A stretch of DNA of 64,000 nucleotides from Octopus vulgaris (Eukaryota): contig OX597818.1 in assembly GCA_951406725.2 (NCBI GenBank), positions 16,678,001-16,742,000 on the forward strand, read 5' to 3'. The notes under the pieces are model-generated. The model saw only the letters and a program-made list of their open reading frames with translations, did not search any database and was not told where the DNA came from. A program made the position numbers and the translations under genes. This document shows, piece by piece, positions 24,540 to 38,222 of this stretch. Numbering within the stretch: the first letter of the stretch is position 1; each line of letters opens with the position of its first letter.

Positions 24540-27500
24540 GGACGATTCTATGTAAACCAGGAATTTTGAAACCCACCATCTCAGATTTTCACCAAATTTT
24601 GACCAGTTCCTATCAGTAAAAACAGAAGCAGTGCAAAATTTCAGGCTCCAGCTCCCAATGGTTCAAAAGTTATGACAATTTGAAATTCAGCTCAAATCAC
24701 CAGTTTTTAAGCCTGCAATGCCCTTCTTGAATTTCAATGTTGCAACAAATAATGTAATAACTTTTAATCCACTTGGACTATTTTTCTGAAAATTTGTACC
24801 TGACCATTTTTTTGGGGTGCTGAATCTCAATGTGAAAAGAAGAATGTATTTCTCATGGCAAAGTGCTTGTTTTCTTGAATCAAAATGAAAACGCTTCACC
24901 ATTTTCCCCCAACGCTGCTGTGTACTCAAAGCCAAATTCCCAGAAGTGCTCAAAATCTTACACCTTCAAAATGTTTTGCACATAAACTAGATATAATCTT
25001 TTACTTGTGTGTGAAGAATCTCAGTGGTACTCTCAAAACATCAAATGTTATTATCATTCATCTAAGAAGCATAATTTTTGAATTTTTCTCAAAATCAATT
25101 GTTGTGTCAGAAAATTGATTGCGTTTGACTAGTCAGTTAAAAAGAATCAATGCATCCAGCAGTGGTGGCAGATCACGATCCAAGAGGTAATAATGCAACC
25201 AATATCATTTTCAGGCTTAATATCACTTACATGTAACATTTCTAAGTCATATTAATCTTGTTGTGACTGAGATTTTGTAACCTCCAGTCCACACCAAATT
25301 TTCATAAATTCTAGGAATGTTTATACCATGATGAAACTCTGCACACAATATCATGTACTTTGTATCAGTAAAGTTTGCATGCCATCTTTTTCAACATTTT
25401 GCTTTGTATGGTGTTGTTCTTCCAGAAATATTGTTATCAGTTACTTCTGAGCAGCCAATATTTTCCAAAATATGTTGGTGCAATTTTGAAAAGAGCTCGA
25501 ATTTTCACTATATTTTGGTCTATCCACCTTCAGCAAAATTGCTGCCAAGAGAAAACTACACCAGATATGAAGCGCTCATTTTTGTTTTGAAACAACAGTA
25601 AATTTCAGTCGCATATATCAGACAAATTTTCAGACCAGCAGTTTCATGAGGAAAGAAAATTAGGGGGTCTGTTTCATTCAATAACTTCTCATCACTTGGC
25701 TATTTCAATTCAGCGCCCTGAAAGTTGGTGTAAAATCTTGAGCCTAGTATTGCAGCAACACTCACTTTCAAGCAGTATGAAAGCATTTTTTGGCAAGCAC
25801 TAGATCTTGAAATCATGTACAATCAATGGAAATTCAAAACTTACTAGAAGTTCTGAAGTGTACTATATTCTCAAACACTTGTAAGTATGAATTGCACACA
25901 ATGGATAGAATTATTTCTCAAAAAAATCAACATACATCCAAATAGAGCCATGTAAAGTCAAACTCTAAAAAGTAGGCACATTCATAAGCAAAAATGTGTG
26001 TTTACCAGTTTGAAAAAGAGCAAATTTTAAAATTTGGGTTAACAATATAGCAGCAAAGGAATTGGGAAAATTTCCCTTTTTTGAAAAATAAAATCTTCTG
26101 GTCCTTTTGGGAAAATTTGCTTAAATTTTTGATAAAAGGACACATTTCTGTCAAAGTATGCCTTCATGTGAGTCACGAGCATGTCTCTTGCTTTCTAGAA
26201 TATGGGCAGAAAAATAGTGTGTCAAACTTGAAGGATTAAATGATTGTGCTCCCATATCTCAATTCAAACTGAATTGACAGAAGGTTCGACAATCCTTTTA
26301 CAAACAACAAAATGCCAAACATTCACATGGAAAGTATATCCTTGATCATTTCAGTACCATTTTTTGTCGCATGCTACTGTAGAGCAGTCTGCTGACAATT
26401 GAGGAGGCTCAGTTCTAGCAACCACATATGTCAGTGGTACCCAGCATAAATCATCTCTTGTTGGCCAGCTGAATGAATGATTTGGAATGTGCAGATGAAT
26501 AAATTCACAACATTTGCCTCCCAATCTATTTGCACAGCCATGCCAACCCAGTGTCGTTCATCATATATGCAGAGAAGGTATTGAGAGAATTTGATATCAC
26601 CTGTATTAAGTTTGCGCTGAATGCATTTGCCCTGAAAGTCAAACTCGTGCAATACTCTCATCTGACAAGTGTTTCATCTTGATTGTGTGGGTCTGAAGTT
26701 GGAGCAAACTGGTGATAACTTCTGCTGCCTGGAATAGTTTTGGCTAAAGTGAATCTTTCAGCCAGTTCATTTCGGGTGGAGTCCATTGCTGCTGAAGGAA
26801 TGCACACAAATGTGATTCCTTGAATTGAACTTTCACCAAATTCAAACGTCTGTTTTGCAGACAGAATTTGAGAAGCATTTGGTTGCTGCAGGCTGGCTCT
26901 TGCTGTCAATCTTATTGCAGTCCCTCCTATTCTGCCACAAGGTGACTTACCATGACTGGTGGGAAAAAAGTTCCACGCACAACTGATTGAGAAATCTGTA
27001 GAGTGATAATAAAGATTGAGAAAATGTGTATGATTCTTATACTGAGCAGCACAACCATCTGAAAAATAATGAATGACTTCAGTTGAAGGATTCAGCGTTT
27101 CCTTTCTTTGATCTCTTGTCTCCTTCAGAACCTTGTGAACACAACCAACACCATGATCAAGATCATCAGAAATGAGGCAAATGGAAGAATTGTCAAGCAC
27201 AGTTTGATAGCAAAAATAGACAACTACAGGATAGAGTGAGCACTGGGGCTTATTCCAGTGGTGTCCCTGGATTTCATCTTGCACAACAAATGAATAATTT
27301 TTAGCGAAGTCTCCCAAAACTTTGGCCTCATTTGGCCCTATCATTTCTTTGAGGTGTTTCAAGTAAGTTGACTGGGCACAAGTAATGAATGAGTGCAAGG
27401 CAATTTTGTCAATTTTTTTCAGTCAGAAGGTTAACAAATTCTTGGAAAGACAGAGACACAGTGACAAGTTCAGTTCTGCCAGTTGTTGTCCATTGCTTAA

Positions 27501-28284
27501 ATTGAATCTCATGCCCTGATGATCAAAACACAGACGAGCTGAAGAAAAGTCATTAAAATCACAAACATGGCTTCCCTTTTCATTACAAGGAAACATTATG
27601 CTGACCAAGATGAATGCTTACACATGATGAACTGACAATAACACAACTCCAACCAACACCTGAATCAGCTGTACTGATATGACCATTGTGAGAAAAGAAT
27701 TTGAAGAAAACAGGAAATGACAATTTCCTCTGACTGTTATGTTTCCTGTGATTGTGGTTACAAAATATCAAATAAATGGCTCAACTTTGTGGTTTGTAAC
27801 TTTTGCTGTCTTGAGAGTACCATTGAGTTTTTTCACACATGAGTCCAGTTTGTGCAAAAAGTTATAAAGCTGTAGGATTTGGGCACTTCTGAGAATTTAG
27901 ATTTGAGTACATAGCAGTGTCGGGGGGAAATGGTGAATTCTTTCCATTTTGATTGAAGAAAACAAGTACTTTGCCATATGAAATACACTTTTTTCTCTTC
28001 AGATTGAGATTCAACACCCCAAAAAATGCTCAGGTACAAATTTTCAGAAAAATAGTCCATGTGGATTGAAGGTTATTATATTATTTGTTGCAGCATTGAA
28101 ATTCAAGATGGCCGCTACAGGCCTAAAAACTGGTGATTTGGGCCAAATTTCAAATCACAAGTTTTGAACCATTGGGAGTTGGGGGTCTGAAATTTTGCAC
28201 TTTTTCTGTTCTTACTGATAAGAACAACTGGTCAAAATTTGGTGAAAAATAAGATGCCTGTCCCACATTTATATGGAATTACCC
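24540..28284 (-). mobile_element. Sola2-like DNA transposon (internally deleted, ~3.7 kb)
   Basis: ~0.5-kb TIRs (24540-~25060 and ~27780-28284), termini GGACGATTCTAT / GGGTAATTCCAT, 4-bp TSD ATAA, and a transposase remnant inside. Confidence 0.8.
26390..27420 (-). pseudogene. Sola2-like DDD transposase, C-terminal half, frameshifted
   Basis: Motifs DFAKNYSFVVQDEIQGHHW, YFSDGCAAQYKN and WNFFPTSHGKSPCGRIGG (expected third D is G), then IPGSRSYHQF; frameshifted YLLCIYDERHWVG and SFSWPTRDDLCWVP. Confidence 0.75.
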
Positions 28285-29148
28285 ATAACTTGCATATGTA
28301 TACACACACACAGTAATGTGTACACATTTACAAACACAATATCTCACACAGGGATTGTTTCACATATGTACTCATATATATTTAGAGACAATAGGTGGGA
28401 GCTGGGTATGCATGGTATAGAAAATGCATGATAATGCTAAAAAGGATTTAAAAATTAAACTCTGAATTCTTCATACAAGGCAAGGCTCTTGCTATCAAAA
28501 GTGGCTATAAGAGAAATCCAGCCCAAACTGATATGGAGGCAGTAATAGAAACTAACAAAATTAAGCTTGATCTCCATGTAAATACATTTATATCAAGCCT
28601 AATTGTATTTATCTCATAACTACTTCCATATTTGCTTACATACACATGCAATAATATACACAGGTACTTGTACATATCTACTCAGTAGTGTACACACACA
28701 TATTCAGTAATGTACATATACACACTCACACTGTTATTTTCACATGTACATTTCTGTACACTCACATATATATACACATATGTTATGTATACATAAGTAC
28801 ACCAGTACAATGTGTGTATGTGCTACTGACTGATAATACAATCTTTTCGCCATCCTCGCCACCTAGAACACTTGAAAATATCTTATGTTCATCCCATTCA
28901 TTGACAGAAACACTTGAGCTCATGTTTTAAACATTGACATTCACAAACCTTCATTGCTATTATTATTCCCTATATTGACATTGATTAGATATGGTCTCTA
29001 ATATTATGTCTCATCATACATCCCATTCTGTTAAGAAGCAACCTGCTTAGGACAGATCTTTCTTCCTCCTTTTCAGGTTTTCTATTGATTATCAACCTTT
29101 GCCTAACTCTTCAACATTTCTCTACTCTAACGAATATTGTAATGTATG

Positions 29149-29181
<33 letters not shown>

Positions 29182-30188
29182 AGACAGAGTATATGTATGG
29201 ATTAATGGATGGATGGGCAGACTTTTTTTTTATATATTATTTCAATCTTTCCTGCAAAGAAGGGACTGGTATCTTAACAAAAAGACGAAGTTCTATTGTT
29301 GGAACTAGGATAACAAAAAAACAATAAATGTTACTCTTTTGCTTACAGATTGTATTGTAAAATGGTTGTTAGCTGGTTACTTTATCTGAAAACTCTTTCT
29401 GAAATTGTTATTGAAATATTGACAAAGTTCCCCACTAATTATTGCCATGAATGTGAATTTTTAATCATGGGTAGATAAGTTGCAGGTTTTGGAGCAGTTG
29501 TCCATATTCTCCTTCTCATTGATTTTGGAAGAACTATTCACTTCTGCTGTACCTCTATGACTTGTACATAACTTTTGTCTTTCAAGCTTGAAATATCTGA
29601 TGTTGGTCCTAGAAGTTTTGTAAGAACGTTTCTTTGATATGCTTCATATTGATAATGCATCTAAGTATTCATAAACAGCAGCATTGTCTCTATTTATCCC
29701 AGAACAGTTTTTTTTGTTGGGTGGCAGTGTCTTATCAACAACCTCATGCTGTGTTGAGAGATAATACCTTGATGACACTTTTGGGCAGCTGCTGATCACA
29801 TGTAATCTTTTATAGAAATGTGACATAATCCATATTTTCAGTTGCATTGCAGGGGTGTAAGGGCTTCACTCTTACTTTTGTTTGTTAGGTATTTTGTAGT
29901 TATCTCCTGCTCTTGTAATACAAAAGTATAGCTTTTGAAATGTGACTAGAGAAACTACACTTCGTGGTAATATTAGCATTCCCCTTAAATTTATGGAAAG
30001 CATAGCCATGCATTACCTTTTTGAGGTATGCAGTATTTATCATTTATGTCTTTGATGAGGCATGCTAGTCCAGTGTCTGGAACAAAATTAAGAAGAAATT
30101 TTGATGGAGGGTTTTAAATTCAATCACTTAAAAACAGGAAATTTGTATCTTAGGACTAATGGTGGTCTGAGGTATGTTGGTATCAAAA

Positions 30189-30419
30189 GGCGGCAAGCTG
30201 GCAGAAACGTTAGCATGCCAGGCGAAATGCTTAGCAGTATTTCGTCTGGCGCAACGTTGTGAGTTCAAATTCCGCCGAGGTTGTCTTTGCCTGTCATCCT
30301 TTCGGGGTCGATAAATTTAGTACCAGTTACGCACTGGGGTCGATGTAATCGACTTAATACCTATGTCTGTCCTTGTTTGTCCCCTCTATGTTTAGCCCCT
30401 TGTGGGTAATAAAGAAATA
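30189..30419 (+). mobile_element. Meta-like SINE inserted in the end of a TTAA/piggyBac-type MITE
   Basis: Same family as 20358; TSD ggtatcaaaagg at 30179-30190 and 30420-30431. The host resumes as ...aaaagggttaa. Confidence 0.85.
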
Positions 30420-30591
30420 GGTATCAAAAGGGTTAAGATTACATTTGTCTGGAATATTGATTCACTAACATTACAATTCAATTAATAGCCCATTTCATTG
30501 ATCAAACAGAACAGTTATTGTCAAAACTGGCAAAAAGCTATTCTCTTTTACTTGTTTCAGCCATGCAGCTGTGGTCATGCTTTTACGTTTA

Positions 30592-32212
30592 TAGTGGTAC
30601 CATTTGATTTAAGAACGCTAGTATACTAATACTAAAATGGCATTTCTTATATATTCAACTTGTAAATTGTGAATTAAGATGTATATCAAAATAAAGAAAA
30701 TTTCACGAGCTTTAATATGGTATACAACTTTACAGCATAAAATTAATCAACATATTAATTTTAAATTAAAAATAAACTTTATTTTGCATAATTTACGTTG
30801 CCACTTCATTTAAGGATTTGCAAAATTCAATTTTTTTTTTTTTGCCTTATTGACTAATATAAAGGTAGGATAATTTGCAGACTGTTACAATTTTTAAGTT
30901 ACTTAATAGTTGTGGTGGGTAAGAAACAAAACTTGACATCAGAAACCAGAGAGAAGGTTTGTTCAGCTTAATAGGCTGAAATGTGTTCATATAAAGCTAT
31001 TTCAAATGATGTTGGATGCTCTAAAACGGCTGTCTACAATGCTGTCCATTTTTGTAAAGAAACTGATTATATAGATCACTCTCTTCCTGGGCAACCAAGA
31101 AAAACAATGCCAAGAATGGATAGATACATTTATAGACTGACCCTAAAAAATGCAAAATGACTGCTGTTGACATTTTAAAAGAAATTCAGCAAAAATATGG
31201 ACTTACCATTGGAGTATCCACCATAAAAAATTGTCTCAAAGAATTTGAGCTTCTAGGAAAAGTCTCTCACAAAAGCCATACTTTTCTTTAAAAAATCGAT
31301 ATGCCCAAATACAGTTCACAAAAGAGCATTTGAATTGGAGTCCAGCAGATTGGTCGAATGTGTTGTGGTCAGACGAGTCAAAGTTCAACTTGTTTGGCAA
31401 TGATGGCAGGAAGCATGTAAGAAGGTGTATAGGCAAAGAATATCATCAAAAATACATCCAACCTACAATTAAGCACGGTGGTGGAAGTGTGATGGTGTTG
31501 GGGGTGCATGTTTGGAAAAGGCGTTGGTCCTATAATCTGAATCAAGGGCATTATGGATAGTAAGTCCTATCTAGAAATATTGGATAAGACTATGCTTCCA
31601 TATGCCCAAAAGCATTTGGGCTGACCTTGGACTTTCCAGCATGACAATGACCCAAAGCACACCTTGCACCTACTGAGAAATTACATTAGGTCTAAGAGGG
31701 TTCTGTTGATGCAGTGGCTGGTACAGTTGCCCGACCTAAATCCCATCAAAATTCTTTGGCAAAGGTTGGGTAGAGCTGTGCAAAGTAATAAATCAAAGAA
31801 TAAGGATTTTTTTTTTAAAACATTATTAACCAAAATTGGATAAAAAAATCTCAGGAACAGTGATAAAGGATCTGAACAATTCTGTTTCACAGATGCAAAG
31901 CTGTATTGAGTAATTTTGGATAACCAACCAAATACTGATTGTGTGAGCTTATTATTGCTTTTTCGTTGATCTTAATAAACTTTTTAAAGCAAAAAAATAA
32001 AATTTTACAAATCATTCTTAAATTAAATGGCGCTATAAATTACGATAATTAAGATTTATTTTTAATTTAAAATTAATATGTTGCATAATCACATTAAAGC
32101 TTGGGAAATTTTATTTTGATATACATCTTAATTGACAATTTACAACTTGAGTATAGAAAAATTGACATTTTAACATATAATACTAGCGTTCTTAAATTAG
32201 ATGGCACCACTG
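30592..32212 (+). mobile_element. Tc1-family (DD34E) transposon, near full length, decayed
   Basis: TA TSDs; ~250-bp TIRs starting (C/T)AGTGGT.CCAT.T.ATTTAAGAACGCTAG. Confidence 0.9.
30912..31938 (+). pseudogene. Tc1-like transposase with stops and frameshifts
   Basis: WSNVLWSDESKFNLFG, KHGGGSVMV, FQHDNDPKH...QW..QLPDLNPIKILW. There are 34 residues from the second D to the expected E position, which is K here. Confidence 0.9.
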
Positions 32213-32249
32213 TATGTTTGTATGTGTCAAAAAAAGAAAAAAGTGTGTG

Positions 32250-32620
32250 TGATCATGGCACTCCATTGGTTTCTACGATGAGGGTTCCAGTTGATCTAAT
32301 CAATGGAACTGCCTGCTCGTGAAATTAACATGCAAGTGGCTGAGCACTCCACAGATACGTGTACCCTTAATGTAGTTCTCGGGGAGATTCAGCATGATGC
32401 AGCATGATGCAGGCTAAACCTTTGAAATGCAGGTACAACAGAAAGTTGCGGTGAAAGAATACAGCAGAGTTCACCACCACCCCCTGCCGGAGCCTCAAGT
32501 AGCATTTGAATTGGAGTGATGTTTTAGGTCTTTTTGCTCAATAAACACTCACAATGCCTGGTCTGGGAATTGAAACTGCGATCCTATGACTATGAGTTCG
32601 CTGCCCTAACCACTGAGCTA
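32250..32620 (-). mobile_element. tRNA-derived SINE family C
   Basis: Minus-strand head tagctcagtggttagggcagcg...gtttcaattccc; related fragments near 38890-39060 and 51905-52040. Confidence 0.65.
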
Positions 32621-32934
32621 TCAAGGAAGCAAAATAAAACTACATAACGCTAGATCTTTGGATATATTATTTAGCAGTGGGGTTGTTGGTGGCGTTTTCA
32701 AAGCCAAAAATATCCATTGTAATATGTGTCTACTTAATTTATCACTTCAACTCATCACTGCTGTTTGTGTCATTTGTCACTGAGTGTGTGTAAAGGGTGG
32801 TGGGGAGGCAATTAAATTGTCTTCTGACTACCTATTTCTCATTGTTTCTGTTTCCCCATTGTAGACTGATCTTATCTGAAAACATTGGAAGCATACCATT
32901 GTTAATGTCTGCCACTAGACAAGAGTAATGGGTA

Positions 32935-33142
32935 TTGTATTTTCCGGCACATGAGCAGATGTACTACGTAGTGTAAACATTTAAACAGTGTTTACTATCT
33001 TTCCAGATCTTGCTGCATTTTACATGGAATTTTTGGTCCTCTAAAGCACTTTTAGTATATAAGTTGACCTTTTTTTTTTTTTTTTTTCTTGTAGTTGTAA
33101 ATTTTGGACCGAAAAATTTGACTTGTATGCCAGAAAATACAC
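32935..33142. mobile_element. Tc1/mariner-type MITE
   Basis: TIR-like tgtattttccggca / tgccagaaaataca with TA on both sides. Confidence 0.6.
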
Positions 33143-33573
33143 TAATAATGTCTATTTGAGTCAGATTTTATACCCAAACTTGATGATGTTCCCTAGTGTC
33201 TGCATCAATGTGAGATTTTGTACAATGATTCAGTAGGAATTTTTATATCTGTTGTAAACATACGTTTTTATTTTGTTGTTGATACTGCAAATGTATTTTA
33301 TAGTGTTTATCACATCAATGTTTTCAATTGAACTTTTACTTCATAAAAATTTAATGTTCTGTTTATATTCAGTGTTAATATTCCTTTGCCTCTTTGTCAG
33401 TTTAGATTTTATTTTCATTGTTTTTTTATTAATATCATATTACTGGAAAATTTAAAATAAAATAAATGAAGGAAAATGATTGAACTGAACCAATGACATG
33501 AATTTAGATTGACTTTGTGTATTGTACTGAATACCATGTTCAAAAATTGAAATTTCTTTTTTGTCTCTTTTAA

Positions 33574-34733
33574 CCCTTTCGTTACCAAACCGCCCAAAGC
33601 CGCCCGAAAGAAAAATTTTGGCTAATGTGACCAAACCGCCCAAACCCGCCCATATTTACCTATTCATATTTAAATGAGAATATCAGATCAAATCTCTTTA
33701 GTACATTCGTGAAAACACGTATTATACTTCGTAAACAGTTCAACTACAGTTTTGTACAACAATCAAAGTGTAATTTTAATTCCGTGAATTTTGGGAGATT
33801 TTTTTCCGAAATTTGTTCCTATTGTGTTTTTAAAATTTGTAATTCTGACAAAAAATGGATACGAATTTCATTATATCAAGCAGCGAGTCAGAATTCGAAG
33901 GATTTTCTACTGAAGACCTTCATAAATCTAACTCTATGACTGAAAAAAAAAAGCACGCGGTATTTGATAATGAATCTGATGTTTCATTTTCCGAAAGTGA
34001 AAACAGTGATTCCGAGAGCTCCGACAGCAATAAAGAAAATGAATTGGCACCTGAATGGAGTGAAAATTTAAAAACTGTTTCTTTCGGTGATTTTTCTGAA
34101 GAAACTGGACCAAGCCACAGACTTTCCCAGGAGAGTAAAGCCTTAGACTATTTCTTTTTACTTTTTCGAATGAGCCTATTTGAAATCATTACGGCGGAAA
34201 CGAACCATTACGCTAAATGTAAACAAAGCGAAAGAAAGGATAGTTAGTGGTTTCCCACAACCTTAAATGAAATTAAGACTATTTTGCCATAAATATTATT
34301 ATGGGTATCAGAAAGTTACCCAGAATAACAAATTCTGTCGTAAAATTTTGTTGTATACCCAATTGAATATTAGCTAATAACCCATTTTCTATAACGATCA
34401 TCATCATCATCATCATCGTTTAACGTCCGCTTTCCATGCTAGCATGGGTTGGATGTTTGAACAAAACGATGTTTGAACAAAATTTTAATAATTGTATATT
34501 TTGTTGAATTTACCTGTATTTACCTTTAATTAGAGTCACTTTGTGACAAAAATTATAGTATAGAATTGGTTGAGAATATTTCATTAAATTATCTTCCAAA
34601 AATCAGATTAATATATTGATAAATAAAAAAGTTATAGTTGTTTAATGAAACCAGACTAAATTTATGATTATGTTAGAAATTAATTGAAACACATAAGGGG
34701 TGTATTTTGGTCAGAAATATAGTAACGAAAGGG
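33574..34733 (+). mobile_element. Internally deleted piggyBac derivative
   Basis: TTAA|CCCTTTCGTTAC ... GTAACGAAAGGG|TTTAA. It carries the transposase N-terminus and a short RTE-tail insertion at ~34396-34460. Confidence 0.85.
33855..34330 (+). pseudogene. piggyBac (PGBD4-like) transposase N-terminal fragment
   Basis: Acidic/Ser-rich N-terminus, then ALDYFFLLF...IITAETNHYAK, a stop, WFPTTLNEIK and frameshifted INIIMGIRKLP; the catalytic core is absent. Confidence 0.75.
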
Positions 34734-36802
34734 TTTAATTATAAAAAGGGACAAAAATGTCTTGTGGCAACAATTAGCAAATCTCAAAGGGGGAGATAAT
34801 TTTGATTTATTACAAATCATTTCTTGAAGTTAAATTCATTTTGTAAGAAGCAAGAGGCAGCTAGATCTGTTGCCATGTTAACATCACCTCCTTTTCCCTA
34901 AGTACCTTTAGCTGAGATGAAATTGTTGCAATTTGAAGATACACTCTTCAAAGGATGCATTCTTTCTTGCCACAAGTCTTGCAAACACAGTCCTTTTCTC
35001 TATGATTAAGTGATTAAAAAATAAAATTGTGGGCTTGTTTTGATTATTGTATAGTGTAAATAAGCCTGAAAGAGTTGATTCTGACTGCTGTTATTTCACT
35101 GGAGATGTTTATATCATTAATCTTAATCCTTTTTCTCTAAGGACTGGGCCTTTCTCTAGATTTTGTTACTTGTTGTTCACCTGATCAACTTAGACTGAGC
35201 ACACCTATGATCAAATGCATTCCAGCCATGACCACTCTGTCTTTCTCCAGAGCTGTAGTTCTTACCTTTTGAAACCCCTACCTCCTTTTGTAGGTGGTCA
35301 CTGCTTTTGTACCCCAACTCTGTCTCTCATTTTCTTTTGAAAATTAAAAAAAATTTATAATGGAAAATTGAAAATTTGAATTGTTAGGTGTTCAACACTA
35401 AAAAAAGATACAGTATACTATTCTCAATATAAAATATTTTATATTTAGAACCTAGTTTTAAAATGTATAAATAGCTTCTAAAGTAATAAAAAAAAAATCC
35501 ATCAATTTATGAAAATTTTTGTTTGCTGTGCTATGGATTCACTGATTGAAGCTAGCATAACTCCTCCCAGATAAACATTGATATGGGCACAAGAACATGA
35601 ACACACAACATTTTGCAGTTCTTATTTACTGGAGTACATACTTAGCAACTGCATAGAATTAGTTGAAGTCTTAGTTATGTACAAAATATAGTGCTACTGT
35701 TAATCCAGATGTATGTGCTTGTGATGAAGTGTGTGAGCTTGCATGTGTGTGAGAGGTAGCATATATGTGTGTGTGTTGTTTAAATTGATGAGAGAGATCT
35801 CAATGTAACCATTGATCTGACTTAAAGCAACAGTTAATATTTTTTTGTCATGAATATGTGAACGATAATGTTTTGATTTGCCTATATTTTACTGGTTCCA
35901 GCTAAAAGGCATTTATTTGTGAGGTTGGCATAAGCTGCTTTATATCTACATCATAACTTCCTGTTACACAGCTCTTTCTTTTGTTGGTTTCTACTGTAGA
36001 CCAGTTCTGCTTCACACAGGGAAAGCTGATCAATCTTCACAATAGACTCAGTTGAAAACTGAATCCATTCTACACATCACAATAGCTGTTTAATATATAA
36101 TCAAAGGTTTCTAATACAAAACCACAAATCTTTAGGAACTCATAATTGACAGAAACAACCCTTGCACTTGACTTATACTTGCTTTATTAACTTCAAAAAT
36201 AAGAAAGACATAATGGACTTTAGATGGATTTGAACCCAGAATATAATGAGACATGTTTTATAACTTATCACCAGGCTTTTGCTAATTGATGTTTTTGCTG
36301 CTTCTTCCAATGAAAAATTTATTTTGTAGACAGCAGCTGTTTGGGTTGGGCTAATTTTATTTTTTTTAGAGTTAAACATATGTTCTTGTGAGATTATCTT
36401 CCTCCTACTAACTAGATAACAGAGAAAGAGCCAAGGATAGAGAGATAGACAGCACAAATAAAAGTTTGATATACTTTTACTAACTAGTCAACATAAAAAG
36501 ATATAAATGTTTTATTACAATTAAGACCTATTTATTACCAGTTCCTCAGTTTTTCTCTGCCAATGTCAGTTATGTTTGACTAATCACTTGTTTGCTGTTG
36601 TTCCACTGTTGTTTTTGTCCCTTTATTTAGTGTTACATTGTGGATTCTTCTTTTATTCCCTTGCTGCTAACATGATCGGTTCATCTTCAGTTTGTATTTC
36701 TGTTAAATACATTATGTTAAGCTCTTGGATAAAGTCTTCAAATGAAGAATTCTGAGTTAATTTAAATTCAGAAATTTCTTTTTCTCTCTGCATATATGTA
36801 TA

Positions 36803-36838
<36 letters not shown>

Positions 36839-36861
36839 ATGCATGCATGCACGCACACACA

Positions 36862-37715
36862 CAGTGTGGTGAATAAATTATCATCTAAATTACACATAAG
36901 TGAGAATAACACTATCTGATTTGAACAGATATATTTACCAAAATTACATAAAAATATCTTAAAATACTAAAGTTAAATTTATTCAATAAAATCACCACTG
37001 GCTTCAACCACTGGCTTTCAGACAGCTTGGGAATCTCTTGCAACTCTTCTGAATGGTCTCCTTGTTTAAGTTGGTGAATGCTGCCATAATCCTTCCCTTC
37101 AGTTCATCTTTGGTGTTACCAGGAGTTTTGTTGGTCTCTCGCTCAACTGTGCCCCACACATAATAATCAAGGGAGTTGCAGTCTGGGGAGTTAGGTGACC
37201 AGATATTAGTGGTGATATGTTCGCAGAAATTGTCTGACAGCCATGACTGGGTTCTCCTGCTTGTGTGGCATGGTGCAGAGTCCTGTTGTCAGACATAGGG
37301 TCTTCCAGCAGCCACCCTCTTGACCCAGGGCAACACTACCACCTCCAGGCACTTGATGTAGGCTTCCATGTTGAGTCTGAGGCAGTGTGGAAAGATAAAG
37401 GGAGGCATAACATGGCCATCACTAGTGATCTCTTCAAATACCATGATATTGACTGGCTGTTTCATTTTTTATCACTCTGAGTACATTTTCTCTGATTGTA
37501 CTCTACAAACACTCTGAAATGTTTCTGTTGGAGCTTCTGGTATGAATGCCAAGCAGTACAGCATGTCATTTCCTAAGTTCTGGCAGAGTCATTTACAACA
37601 CGGTGCTGTTTTTCTCACAACTACTATACTGTGTAGTTGACAAAATCAAAAACAAACAAAACGCATGCACAAAATTAAAAATATAAAATGGCTACAGTTT
37701 ACCCATTGCACCCTG
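36862..37715 (-). mobile_element. DD37D (maT-type) mariner-like element, internally deleted
   Basis: QQDSAPCHT...WSPNSPDCNSLDYYVWG with 37 residues between the Ds (codons 37280-82 and 37166-68); terminus TA|CAGGGTGC. Confidence 0.85.
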
Positions 37716-38047
37716 TATACAGTTGTCAACAATAGTGAGTGAAGGTGCTGGGTATCATTTACATTGCTAGAAACAAGAGTCAAAGACTGTTACAGCAACA
37801 AAAAATAGCATAGGTCTAGGTTCTGACAGGGGAGATAACTACCCCATGGCATGCGAGATCACTATACTAGCTAGTTTTGCTTAGTTCATCCCCTGTAAGT
37901 GCATAGACCTGTGTCTTTTTCCTTTTTGGGTGGGTGGGTGGCTATAAAGGTCATTGACTCTTGTTTCTAGCTATGTGTCAGTATTAGTGACATTTGAAAT
38001 TTTCGTTTTTGGTTTTATATTGCGTCTAGCCATCTTTGTTATATATA

Positions 38048-38078
<31 letters not shown>

Positions 38079-38190
38079 GCATATGTATATATGAATATAC
38101 AGCATTGAGGATGAATGAAGCCAGCTCAACCTGCCCTGGGTGAATGCTGTGTCAAGTCAAGTCAAATATATATACATATGCATATATATG

Positions 38191-38222
<32 letters not shown>

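Noticed and set aside
29380-29850. Possible ancient hAT transposase C-terminus on the minus strand (ITISEKSF resembling SERSF)
   Set aside because: One weak motif amid stops; unsupported without a profile search.
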